Shown: positions 26,379 through 34,082 of the stretch, piece after piece
How the letters are laid out: every line of letters starts with the position of its first letter
Position numbering within the stretch: the stretch's first letter is position 1
IMG/VR virus record: IMGVR_UViG_3300011339_000492
Location: 1-38,112 of that record
Reading direction: 5' to 3' (one strand)
DNA from: a virus
Taxonomy: Duplodnaviria > Caudoviricetes
DNA length: 38,112 bases
The notes under the pieces: model-generated
What the model saw: the letters and a program-made list of their open reading frames with translations, nothing else
The model's database searches: none
Told to the model about the DNA's origin: nothing
Translations under genes and position numbers: made by a program

Positions 26379-27376
26379 GATGTCAGCAGTCGCCATGCTG
26401 TGGCTGCGCAAAGTGGCACCTGTCCGTTGCCAATGGCTTTAAGTCGGTCCACTCGAGCGGCCACCCCATGAGCCACTCGACCCACGTCGGGTTCAGTGCG
26501 CCACCAACCGCATTCGGCAGCTGCTCGCCCTTGCTGCCACCCCCGCGCTCCTCGTAGGTTTTCGCGTTGGGGTGCCTGTAGTCTCGGGCTGCAGGCGTCG
26601 GCCACGCCCGCGCCGCGCCGCCAAGGGTCGTCCCCCGCTTGGGGTGGGCGGCCGCTTTGCCCTCGCCCTTGATCTGCGGGTTGTCCTGGGTCGTGGGCGT
26701 CGGCCACATCGCTGGCACCTTGCCCTGCGCCTTGCGAACATCCCGGCCCGCAATCGCGCTGGCTTCCTCCAGCGTCATTTCTCCTGCAAGCCACTTGTTC
26801 CGCATGATCCGCTGCGTCCCCTCGCACGGCATCGTTGATGCTGTTGGCGTGGGCCACAAGCCAGAACCTGTCCCGCTGGTGCGGAGCTCCGACGTCGGCA
26901 GCTCCCAGCACTGTCCACCGGCAGTCATACCCGAGCGCGGCCAGGTCACTGAGGACTCGCCCAAGTCCTCGAGTAAGGAGGGCTGGGCTGTTCTCCACGT
27001 AGACGAAGCGTGGTCGAACCTCGCCAACGATCCGCGCCATGTGTCCCCACATTCCGCTGCGGGCTCCGTCGATTCCTGCGCCTTTGCCGGCCACGCTGAT
27101 GTCCTGGCACGGGAAGCCTCCAGACACCACGTCAACACAGCCGCGCCAAGGTCGTCCGTCAAAGGTCTGAACGTCATCCCAGATCGGGAAGGGCGGGAGA
27201 AGGCCGTCATTCTGTCGGGCAGCAAGTACGCTAGCTGCGTAGGGCTCCCACTCAACGGCGCAGACGGTTCTCCATCCAAGAAGGTGGCCGCCGAGGATGC
27301 CACCACCGGCACCGGCAAAGAGCGCGAGTTCGCGCATGCCCGCATGAGGGCGTGAGATATCAACCAACTCATTCAC
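26375..27376 (-). CDS. DNA cytosine-C5 methyltransferase, catalytic (alpha) chain
   Basis: Motif I LFAGAGG, IV GGFPCQD, VI ENSP, VIII HQRDRFW and X LKAIGNGQVP; no motif IX in this frame; GTG start at 27376. Confidence 0.92.
   Translation of the reverse strand: MNELVDISRPHAGMRELALFAGAGGGILGGHLLGWRTVCAVEWEPYAASVLAARQNDGLLPPFPIWDDVQTFDGRPWRGCVDVVSGGFPCQDISVAGKGAGIDGARSGMWGHMARIVGEVRPRFVYVENSPALLTRGLGRVLSDLAALGYDCRWTVLGAADVGAPHQRDRFWLVAHANSINDAVRGDAADHAEQVACRRNDAGGSQRDCGPGCSQGAGQGASDVADAHDPGQPADQGRGQSGRPPQAGDDPWRRGAGVADACSPRLQAPQRENLRGARGWQQGRAAAECGWWRTEPDVGRVAHGVAARVDRLKAIGNGQVPLCAATAWRLLTS
26383..27372 (-). CDS. Overlapping +1-frame partner (beta) chain of the C5 methyltransferase: WPTP cassettes plus motif IX
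   Basis: 329-aa ORF nested in the methylase; three WPTP modules; ends LNPTWVEWLMGWPLEWT (motif IX-like); ATG directly follows the upstream stop. Confidence 0.75.
   Translation of the reverse strand: MSWLISHALMRACANSRSLPVPVVASSAATFLDGEPSAPLSGSPTQLAYLLPDRMTAFSRPSRSGMTFRPLTDDLGAAVLTWCLEASRARTSAWPAKAQESTEPAAECGDTWRGSLARFDHASSTWRTAQPSLLEDLGESSVTWPRSGMTAGGQCWELPTSELRTSGTGSGLWPTPTASTMPCEGTQRIMRNKWLAGEMTLEEASAIAGRDVRKAQGKVPAMWPTPTTQDNPQIKGEGKAAAHPKRGTTLGGAARAWPTPAARDYRHPNAKTYEERGGGSKGEQLPNAVGGALNPTWVEWLMGWPLEWTDLKPLATDRCHFAQPQHGDC
26594..26857. repeat. Three 12-bp junction repeats GGCGT(C/G)GGCCAC
   Basis: At 26594-26605, 26696-26707 and 26846-26857; spacings 102 and 150 nt. Confidence 0.85.
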
Positions 27377-27870
27377 GGTGCCCCCAAAATTTCTGCAACA
27401 TCCTCCACCGACTGCACCACAGCGGCTAGGCCGCCATATAGTTGGCATACGTCGATGAGTTCCTGCTGCTCCGGTGTCGCCTTGCGCAGTCCTGGCCGTT
27501 TGCACTCCAGAAGAAACATCCTGCCATCATCCAGCATGCCGAGGTAGTCGCTCACGCCGCGCGTTTTCACGCGAGCGCCGCGCATGTAGAGCCGATAGAA
27601 CACCACATGCCGGTCACCGTCAGACACGGCCCCAGAGTTGATCCGCATGAACCACGCGACCCGAGGATGCGTGCGCAGAAACGCATGCACCTCGCGCATA
27701 ACGTCGGCCTCGGTTCGTCGTGGCTCTGCTGGTGTCGCACGTGGTGCGCGTTTGACAGGCTCAGGCGGAGCATCGAAGACCACCCGAGGGCGGTCGCTCA
27801 GTGCCGCGTAGAGGTCCATGCTGGCCTGGTTCTTGGCGATGGTTTCGCGTAGGGTTGGGCGGCGTTTCAT
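27373..27870 (-). CDS. VRR-NUC domain nuclease
   Basis: TEADV, RINSG, GVSDYLG and LECKRPG...TPEQ PD-(D/E)xK pattern. Confidence 0.88.
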   Translation of the reverse strand: MKRRPTLRETIAKNQASMDLYAALSDRPRVVFDAPPEPVKRAPRATPAEPRRTEADVMREVHAFLRTHPRVAWFMRINSGAVSDGDRHVVFYRLYMRGARVKTRGVSDYLGMLDDGRMFLLECKRPGLRKATPEQQELIDVCQLYGGLAAVVQSVEDVAEILGAP

Positions 27871-30398
27871 GCCTCGACCTGTACCGGCTGATCGGCGTCC
27901 ATTGCCTCAAGGTCAAACAGGGTGGGCATAGAGACCTGCCGCTCTGCAGCGCGCAGATAGTGGACCTGATCCATGAAATACCCTGGATTCAGTTCCGATC
28001 CACCGCCACGCCGGCCCTTGAGGATAGCCCTGTACGGCACCGTACCAAGCCCGCAGAACGGATCATAGACAAGCTCGCCCGCGTTGCTGTAACGGTCAAT
28101 CAGGCGATCTACGATGTCGAATTGCAGCGGGCATACGTGCTTTTCAACCGCGCGCCTAGACTGGTCAGAATTCAGCGTCAGCATGCGCGTAACGTCATGC
28201 CAAACATCGGGATGATGCGACCCTGGCGCAAGGCTCATGAACGTCGATGGCAGAGCCCCCTTCAAGTCAAGCTCTTCCCCGATCTTGACGTGGAATTCGT
28301 AGTCATACACCTCGGTGAGACTGTATTTCGTGAATGCCTGGGCCAGCTTTGCGGGACCAAGCGCGGCCAGCTCCTCGGCGGTCACCTGGCGGTTTCCGCT
28401 TGACCTCCAGAACGCATGAGCGTCAACCTGCCAGCGAGCGCGCGTGTAGTCGGCTTTCGACTTCGTGACTGGCACGTCAGCATATCCGCGTGTCCGGTCG
28501 GTTTGAGGCTTACGGAATAGGACGATGTATTCGGGCGACCCGCATCCCATCTTAGTGCCGTCTTTGCACTGCTCCGACCATCCGAGGCGGTAGGTCTGAT
28601 TGTTCTCGCGCACCACGTCAGTAACCACCGTGATGAGGCCCATGTAATCAAAACCATGCTTGCGCCCGTGCATGATGGCCTCGCAGTGGAACGGGCTCAC
28701 GGTCGGAGCACCGGCGCCGGTCACGTTGCCAAACAGAATCCGGTCCTTGACATGGCAAGCGTAGATGCGACCAGGCTTCAGGATGCGCAACAGTTCAGGC
28801 GTCAGGTAGTCCATCTGCGCCCAGAAATGATCGTTGTCCTCGGTGTGGCCAAAGTCGTTGTAAGACGGGCTGTATTCGTAGTGATTGGCAAACGGGATTG
28901 ACGTGACGATCAGGTCAACGTGGTTATCGGGCTTCAGCTTGGCTTCCTCCACACAATCATTGTTTGCCACGCTGAACAGGTCACTCGTGACCTCGATGCG
29001 CTGCACGCCAATAGATCGAGCCAGCGTTTCCTGCATGGCCAGTTGATTCAGCCCGTATTGCTTGATGATCTCGCTCATTTTCTGTGTCAGTTCTTCGTGT
29101 TGTTGCCACTTGGTTTGCAGGGTGCGCAGCACCTCGCGCTCGGCTTCGCTATAGATGATGTCGATGATGACCGGATGCGACTGCTGGAAGCGTTGAACCC
29201 GGTGGATGGCCTGGATGAAGTCATTGAACTTGAAGCCGATCCCCGCGAAGATTTCGCGGTGGCAATGGCGCTGGAAATTGCACCCGCTGCCAGCGATGAC
29301 AGGCTTCGTTGACAAGATGCGGAACTTGCCGTTGCCGAAGCTGACGATGCGGTCTTCGCGCTCCTCAAGGTCTTGAGAGCCCCACACGCTCACGGCTTCG
29401 GGTATGGCCTGCTGTATCGCGTGGCGCTCCGTCTCCAGGTCATGCCAGATGACGAAGTGGTCATCAGGCGAAGCGTTGACGATCTCGGCGGCTTTGGCCA
29501 CGCGGCCCGGCATGCTGTCGCGCTTCTCGCCGGCTGCGGCAGAGAGCCCCATCGCAGGGTCCGTGAACATGAGCACCTGACCATCGCGGTCTGAGCCTGC
29601 TTTGCTGTAGTCGCTTGGCACTTCGTGATAGCGCACCTCCAGCGCCGGCAGGTCGTATCCCTCGTCGCTATATCCAAGGTCGCTTGGGCGCTGCACGAAC
29701 ACGGCCCAGCTTGACACCCAAAGCCAGAACTCTTGTTCTTTGTGCGGGTACAGGGTCAGGTTCCCAGCCTTCTCAGAGTCGCGCTGGAAAAACCGAGTCA
29801 GCGCCTGGCCAGTGTCCATGACGCCGAGGAACCCGGCATAGTGGATCAGTTCTTTGAAGCGGTTGGGCGATGGCGTGGCCGTGTTAACCAGCTTAAAGCG
29901 CACGCCCTCGAACAGCGGCAGGAACTCCTGATAGGTCTTTGACCCGAAGGAGCGCAGCACGCTCGCTTCGTCCAAGCTCACGGCCGTAAACATGGCCGGG
30001 TTCAGCTTGCCATCGCGCACAGTTTCATAGTTCGTGCAGTAGAAACCGCCGAATGGCGAGACCTCATCGGGCGAGCGTATGAACTTCAGTTCAATCCCCA
30101 GCATCGCCGCATCGCGGATCAGTTCCTGACGCACCCCGAGAGGGCACACGATCAGGCCAGCGCCGCCGAATTGAATGATGATCTGCCGCAGCCATTCGCA
30201 CTGCATGACGGACTTGCCAAGCCCGAAGCTGGCGAAGATGGCCCGATTGCCGCCGCGCACTGCCCAGCGCACGATGTCGCGCTGGTGCGGGAACAGAATA
30301 GGGTTCACGTCCTGCGCCTGCAGGTCGAACCCCGCGAAGTTGGCCATGCGGATTTTCTGTCTCAGAAAGTCCGCGTATCTGTCATCTTGGTTTTGCAT
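27867..30398 (-). CDS. SNF2-type helicase fused to an N4/N6 DNA methyltransferase
   Basis: FGLGKS, LDEAS, TATP and QAIHRVQRFQQ; then IVTSIPF (motif IV) and DPFCGLGT (motif I). A GGAGGT SD favours a start near 30398 (ORF track start 30425). Confidence 0.9.
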   Translation of the reverse strand: MQNQDDRYADFLRQKIRMANFAGFDLQAQDVNPILFPHQRDIVRWAVRGGNRAIFASFGLGKSVMQCEWLRQIIIQFGGAGLIVCPLGVRQELIRDAAMLGIELKFIRSPDEVSPFGGFYCTNYETVRDGKLNPAMFTAVSLDEASVLRSFGSKTYQEFLPLFEGVRFKLVNTATPSPNRFKELIHYAGFLGVMDTGQALTRFFQRDSEKAGNLTLYPHKEQEFWLWVSSWAVFVQRPSDLGYSDEGYDLPALEVRYHEVPSDYSKAGSDRDGQVLMFTDPAMGLSAAAGEKRDSMPGRVAKAAEIVNASPDDHFVIWHDLETERHAIQQAIPEAVSVWGSQDLEEREDRIVSFGNGKFRILSTKPVIAGSGCNFQRHCHREIFAGIGFKFNDFIQAIHRVQRFQQSHPVIIDIIYSEAEREVLRTLQTKWQQHEELTQKMSEIIKQYGLNQLAMQETLARSIGVQRIEVTSDLFSVANNDCVEEAKLKPDNHVDLIVTSIPFANHYEYSPSYNDFGHTEDNDHFWAQMDYLTPELLRILKPGRIYACHVKDRILFGNVTGAGAPTVSPFHCEAIMHGRKHGFDYMGLITVVTDVVRENNQTYRLGWSEQCKDGTKMGCGSPEYIVLFRKPQTDRTRGYADVPVTKSKADYTRARWQVDAHAFWRSSGNRQVTAEELAALGPAKLAQAFTKYSLTEVYDYEFHVKIGEELDLKGALPSTFMSLAPGSHHPDVWHDVTRMLTLNSDQSRRAVEKHVCPLQFDIVDRLIDRYSNAGELVYDPFCGLGTVPYRAILKGRRGGGSELNPGYFMDQVHYLRAAERQVSMPTLFDLEAMDADQPVQVEA

Positions 30399-30463
30399 CA
30401 TCACCTCCGCGCCTAAGCGCATCATCTGCCGCGCTCAAGGCCGCGCGGCTTGGCCTCATCTTG

Positions 30464-30673
30464 TCACCACCTGGCATCTGGCAGGTCGGCTTGTGTTTCC
30501 TTCAGATACCGCGACGGCAGTCGCTTGACGGTGCCGCGTAGCACGAAGATCGGCGGCAGCGGCCACGGCCAGTTTTCACGGATCGGAATGACCTTCAGCA
30601 AACGCGCAGTGCTGCCTTCAATTTCTATTGCATCGCGCCCGTCAGGAAGGCGCCATCTGGTGCCGGCGCTCAC
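30464..30673 (-). CDS. Hypothetical protein
   Basis: GTG start overlapping the Cro-like stop (GTGA); 69 aa. Confidence 0.6.
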   Translation of the reverse strand: MSAGTRWRLPDGRDAIEIEGSTARLLKVIPIRENWPWPLPPIFVLRGTVKRLPSRYLKETQADLPDARW

Positions 30674-30876
30674 TGTTTCGCCCCATCTGCGAACCACTCC
30701 GGCCTGACCTGCATCAGTTGCCACAGCCTAGCCGGCGGTGGAGTCTCGCCCCACTTGTGAACCGCCACGCGGCTGATGCCAAGCGTGCGGGCCAGCGCCG
30801 TGATAGAGCCGGCCTTCGTGATGGCATCCGCTGTGCTGATTGCAGGCAGCGGGCCGGGTTGTCGTTTCTGTTTCAT
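30670..30876 (-). CDS. cro: Cro-like HTH repressor
   Basis: AGSITALARTLGISRVAVHKWGETPPPARLWQL is a typical Cro-family HTH; first gene of the leftward arm. Confidence 0.82.
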   Translation of the reverse strand: MKQKRQPGPLPAISTADAITKAGSITALARTLGISRVAVHKWGETPPPARLWQLMQVRPEWFADGAKQ

Positions 30877-30882
30877 GCCGGC

Positions 30883-30962
30883 ATCGTATCGCATCTTTCA
30901 ATGATCTGTAAACCCTAGTTTTCAGTCGGGTATGCGCACGAGCGTTAACCTCGGTTTATAGT
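30883..30962. promoter_or_regulatory. Divergent promoter region with two operator-like palindromes
   Basis: Leftward TTTACA (30912-30907)-18-TACGAT (30888-30883); rightward -10 TATAGT (30957-30962); palindromes TAAACCCTAGTTTT (30909-30922) and TTAACCTCGGTTTA (30945-30958). Confidence 0.6.
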
Positions 30963-30994
30963 TCACACATCGCAACACGCAACCGGAGAGCAAC

Positions 30995-31240
30995 ATGCAA
31001 GTCCAGATCACCAAGCAAGTCATCAAGCCAGAGTCCGCGCTGTTTGAACTGGTGTGCGGCAAGCAATCGGCGCATATCTGGGTCACGCCGCATTACGCGA
31101 TGGTCTGCAACCTGAACGCTTCGCACCGCGCATGGGGTGGCCTCGGCAAGCGGTTTAACAGCCTTCAGGCCGCGATGGAAGGTTACAAGTCTGCCGCCAT
31201 GAAGGCCATGATTCAGACAGCCGCCGAAGCCCTCGCCTAA
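30995..31240 (+). CDS. Early hypothetical protein
   Basis: 81 aa, GGAG SD, first gene of the rightward arm. Confidence 0.75.
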   Translation: MQVQITKQVIKPESALFELVCGKQSAHIWVTPHYAMVCNLNASHRAWGGLGKRFNSLQAAMEGYKSAAMKAMIQTAAEALA

Positions 31241-31246
31241 CACCCC

Positions 31247-31260
31247 GGCCCTTCGGGGCC
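31247..31260 (+). other. cUUCGg tetraloop hairpin
   Basis: GGCCC-TTCG-GGGCC with no U-tract. Confidence 0.6.
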
Positions 31261-31276
31261 ATCACCGGAGCCCACC

Positions 31277-31360
31277 ATGACCCGCGTCACCCTAGCAGAC
31301 TACACCCTCGCCATCGCCTTCGGCCTCGCCCTCGGGGCGCTGGTCGGGTTCAGCATCTGA
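31277..31360 (+). CDS. 27-aa membrane peptide
   Basis: Translated by hand: MTRVTLADYTLAIAFGLALGALVGFSI; GGAG SD. Confidence 0.6.
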   Translation: MTRVTLADYTLAIAFGLALGALVGFSI

Positions 31361-31374
31361 CACCAGGAGCAAAC

Positions 31375-31800
31375 ATGCCCACCGAATCATTAGTCCGCGC
31401 CTCATTCATCGCAGCGCAGTCCGCATGGGACAACATGCTTCCGCCCGAGTACCCCGACGATCCAGAACCCGGCCCGCTGGAGATCATGGAAGCCACCGAG
31501 GAGGCCATGCGCGATGTCAATGACGTCGGCCTGTGGCTGGCCGATAACGGGCGCCTGGCCAGCGATGAACTGGTGGACGTCGCCGGCCTCGGCGATGACC
31601 TCGACGGCGCGACCGTGGATCAGCTTTTCGCCCTGCTGTTCCTCGGCACCGATGCGCAGGCGCTCCAGGCTCGCTATCTGCTGCGCGAGCGGTTCACCGC
31701 AGACCGCAAGGCCGCCATCCACGCCCGTGCTCTGCAGCTGCTGGCACAGCGCGAGCCGGACGAGCCTGATTACTCTGACGATTCTCACCACTGGTATTGA
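31375..31800 (+). CDS. Acidic early hypothetical protein
   Basis: 141 aa, AGGAG SD, Asp/Glu-rich. Confidence 0.75.
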   Translation: MPTESLVRASFIAAQSAWDNMLPPEYPDDPEPGPLEIMEATEEAMRDVNDVGLWLADNGRLASDELVDVAGLGDDLDGATVDQLFALLFLGTDAQALQARYLLRERFTADRKAAIHARALQLLAQREPDEPDYSDDSHHWY

Positions 31801-31851
31801 AAGGAAACCAGCATGACCACCTCAACCACCACAACCACCACCGGAGCCACC

Positions 31852-32037
31852 ATGAAGAAACTCGTTCTCGTCCTCGCCCTGGCCGCCGCCTCCAGCCCCG
31901 CCCTTGCGCTCATGAACCTCAAGTCCTGCACGATGGTCAGCACCATGAGCGGAACCCGCTGGCTTGGCACCTACTGCAACTTCGGAGGCGAGTGCGTGAA
32001 GGTCATGTTCTCCAGCTATTGCCCGTATTCGCTCTGA
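31852..32037 (+). CDS. Small secreted Cys-containing protein
   Basis: Signal peptide MKKLVLVLALAAASSPALA, then a 42-aa mature part with 4 Cys. Confidence 0.75.
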   Translation: MKKLVLVLALAAASSPALALMNLKSCTMVSTMSGTRWLGTYCNFGGECVKVMFSSYCPYSL

Positions 32038-32046
32038 GGCCACACC

Positions 32047-32247
32047 ATGAAAACACAGATCACCGCTGGCCGCGTCAACGTGCCGCACACTGAATACAGC
32101 GTCCTGATCCGCACCAGCGGCACCGGCAACGTCGACATGAGCATCTGGCTCACCGATGCCGAGGCGCTGGAACTGGCGTCGCAGTTGCGCACGGCTGTTA
32201 CGCAGTCGCTGGCCCAGCAGCTTGCGCCTGCCACGGAGGACGCATGA
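32047..32247 (+). CDS. Hypothetical protein
   Basis: 66-aa ORF with GAGG SD. Confidence 0.7.
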   Translation: MKTQITAGRVNVPHTEYSVLIRTSGTGNVDMSIWLTDAEALELASQLRTAVTQSLAQQLAPATEDA

Positions 32248-32531
32248 GCACGAAGCACACGCCGGGGCCGTGGACAACCAACGAAGCAGACCACGACGCG
32301 CCGTATCAGGACATCAAGATCAAGGCCAGCAAGCACCACACGGTTTGCACTGTCTGGATTGACGATGCACCAGTGCATGACTTCAATGCCTTGCAAGAGG
32401 CAAACGCCCGCCTGATCGCCGCCGCGCCTGATCTTTTGTTTCAACTACAGGCAGCCGCGAACTACATTGATACGTTGGGTGGCGTCAGCACGAGCTACCG
32501 CGCCGCCATCGCCAAAGCGGAGGCCGCATGA
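32244..32531 (+). CDS. Conserved phage hypothetical protein (KHTPGPW...ANARLIAAAPDLL family)
   Basis: Recognisable terminal motifs; ATGA-coupled. Confidence 0.8.
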   Translation: MSTKHTPGPWTTNEADHDAPYQDIKIKASKHHTVCTVWIDDAPVHDFNALQEANARLIAAAPDLLFQLQAAANYIDTLGGVSTSYRAAIAKAEAA

Positions 32532-33178
32532 TCACCCTCACCGACACCCAACGCGATGACGCATGGCACGCCGCCCGCGCCGGCAAGGTCACCGCGTCCA
32601 GATTCAAAGACGTCATCAGCCGCACCGCCAAGGGCCTGCCGACTGCCGAGCTCACGAAATACCTCTGGCAGATCGTCACTGAGCGCCTGACGCGCCAGCC
32701 GGTGCAAATGCCAGATGCCGCGCCACTGCGCTGGGGCCGCGAGAACGAGGATGCCGCCCGCGCCGCGTACCTGTTCACCAGCAGCGCACGCCTGACAGAG
32801 ACGGGCTTCGTGGCTCATCCAGTGATCCAGTGCGGAGCAAGCCCTGACGGCCTGCTGTCAGACGAGTCTGACCCTGACGGCATGTTCGGGCTCATCGAGA
32901 TCAAGTGCCCGTGGAGCACGCAGGTCCACCTCGAAACCTGGCTGAACGGCATGCCCGAGGATCACCAGGCGCAGATTCAGGGCCAGATGTGGCTGACGGG
33001 CCGGCAGTGGTGCGATTTTGTGTCGTTCGATCCGCGCATGCCCGCTGACCTACAACTCTACGTCCAGCGCATCAAGGGTAACCCCGAATTCCAAGCCCGC
33101 TTGGAGCGCGAGATCATCGCTTTTAGCGCAGAGGCCGACGAGATCGTCAGCCGGCTGCGCGCGAAGGTTTCATTCTGA
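32528..33178 (+). CDS. Lambda-exonuclease / YqaJ-family recombination nuclease
   Basis: WHAARAGKVTAS, WGRENE, GASPDGL, IEIKCP and QIQGQMW motifs. Confidence 0.92.
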   Translation: MITLTDTQRDDAWHAARAGKVTASRFKDVISRTAKGLPTAELTKYLWQIVTERLTRQPVQMPDAAPLRWGRENEDAARAAYLFTSSARLTETGFVAHPVIQCGASPDGLLSDESDPDGMFGLIEIKCPWSTQVHLETWLNGMPEDHQAQIQGQMWLTGRQWCDFVSFDPRMPADLQLYVQRIKGNPEFQARLEREIIAFSAEADEIVSRLRAKVSF

Positions 33179-33202
33179 CCAATCACCACAGGAGATTCAC
33201 AT

Positions 33203-33925
33203 ATGACAGCACTAGTCCCAGTCGATCAAGTCGAGCGCATGGCGCTTGCAGTGGCCAAGTCCGGCTTGTTCGGAGTCAAGACACCGGACCAAGCAATGGC
33301 GCTCATGCTCATTGCCCAGGCTGAGGGCATGCACCCGGCCATCGCAGCGCGCGATTACCACGTAATCAACGGTCGGCCCACGCTCAAGTCTGACGCCATG
33401 CTTGCCCGCTTCCAGGCCGCTGGTGGCACCGTGCGCTGGGGTGAGTACACAGACAAGCGCGTGACCGGCACCTTCAGCCACCCGCAGGGCGGCAGCGTCG
33501 AGGTGGCCTGGACCGTGGAGATGGCCACCACAGCAGGGCTCACCAAGAACCCGACATGGCGCAGCTACCCGCGCCAGATGCTGCGCGCACGTTGCATCAG
33601 CGAGGGCATCCGTACCGTGTTCCCTGGTGTCGTCGTCGGCACCTACACACCCGAGGAGGCCGAAGACGAGCCGGCGCGTTTCACGCCATCGCAGACAGTG
33701 ACAGAACCAGCAGACGAAGTGCTCACCTTCGCCCAGGTCATGGCCAAGATCGACGCCGCCCGCACCGTTGAAGAACTCAACGCCCTCAAGCCCGCCATCC
33801 GTGGACTGGACCGCGAGGGCCGCGCCGAGGCCACCGATGCCGCCAAGGTACGCGCCGGCCAGATTCGCGCGCAGGACGTTACCGACATCGAACCCGTGGA
33901 GGCCAGCGATGCGGACCCCATCTGA
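33203..33925 (+). CDS. RecT/Red-beta-like ssDNA annealing protein
   Basis: Follows the exonuclease; INGRPTL and WRSYPRQMLRAR...YTPEE motifs. Confidence 0.75.
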   Translation: MTALVPVDQVERMALAVAKSGLFGVKTPDQAMALMLIAQAEGMHPAIAARDYHVINGRPTLKSDAMLARFQAAGGTVRWGEYTDKRVTGTFSHPQGGSVEVAWTVEMATTAGLTKNPTWRSYPRQMLRARCISEGIRTVFPGVVVGTYTPEEAEDEPARFTPSQTVTEPADEVLTFAQVMAKIDAARTVEELNALKPAIRGLDREGRAEATDAAKVRAGQIRAQDVTDIEPVEASDADPI

Positions 33926-34082
33926 GCCGCTGAAAACCGAGTACGAAGTGGTAGCCCACGAAAACCGCGACGGACTGCGATTCTTGGTTGTCCGCACGGA
34001 TTACACCGTGGTGGGCGATTGCATGACCCGCGCTGCCGCTGAACAGGTTGCGCGCGATCTGGCGCAAAGGGAGGGTGTATGA
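33909..34082 (+). CDS. Hypothetical protein
   Basis: Start MRTPSEP at 33909 after a GGAGG SD. Confidence 0.55.
   Translation: MRTPSEPLKTEYEVVAHENRDGLRFLVVRTDYTVVGDCMTRAAAEQVARDLAQREGV

Noticed and set aside
27377-27505. 43-aa N-terminal extension of the C5 methylase in the ORF track
   Set aside because: It lies inside the VRR-NUC gene; the GTG at 27376 coupled to that stop is the more plausible start.
31247-31260. UUCG hairpin as an intrinsic terminator
   Set aside because: No U-tract follows; kept only as a stability or processing hairpin.
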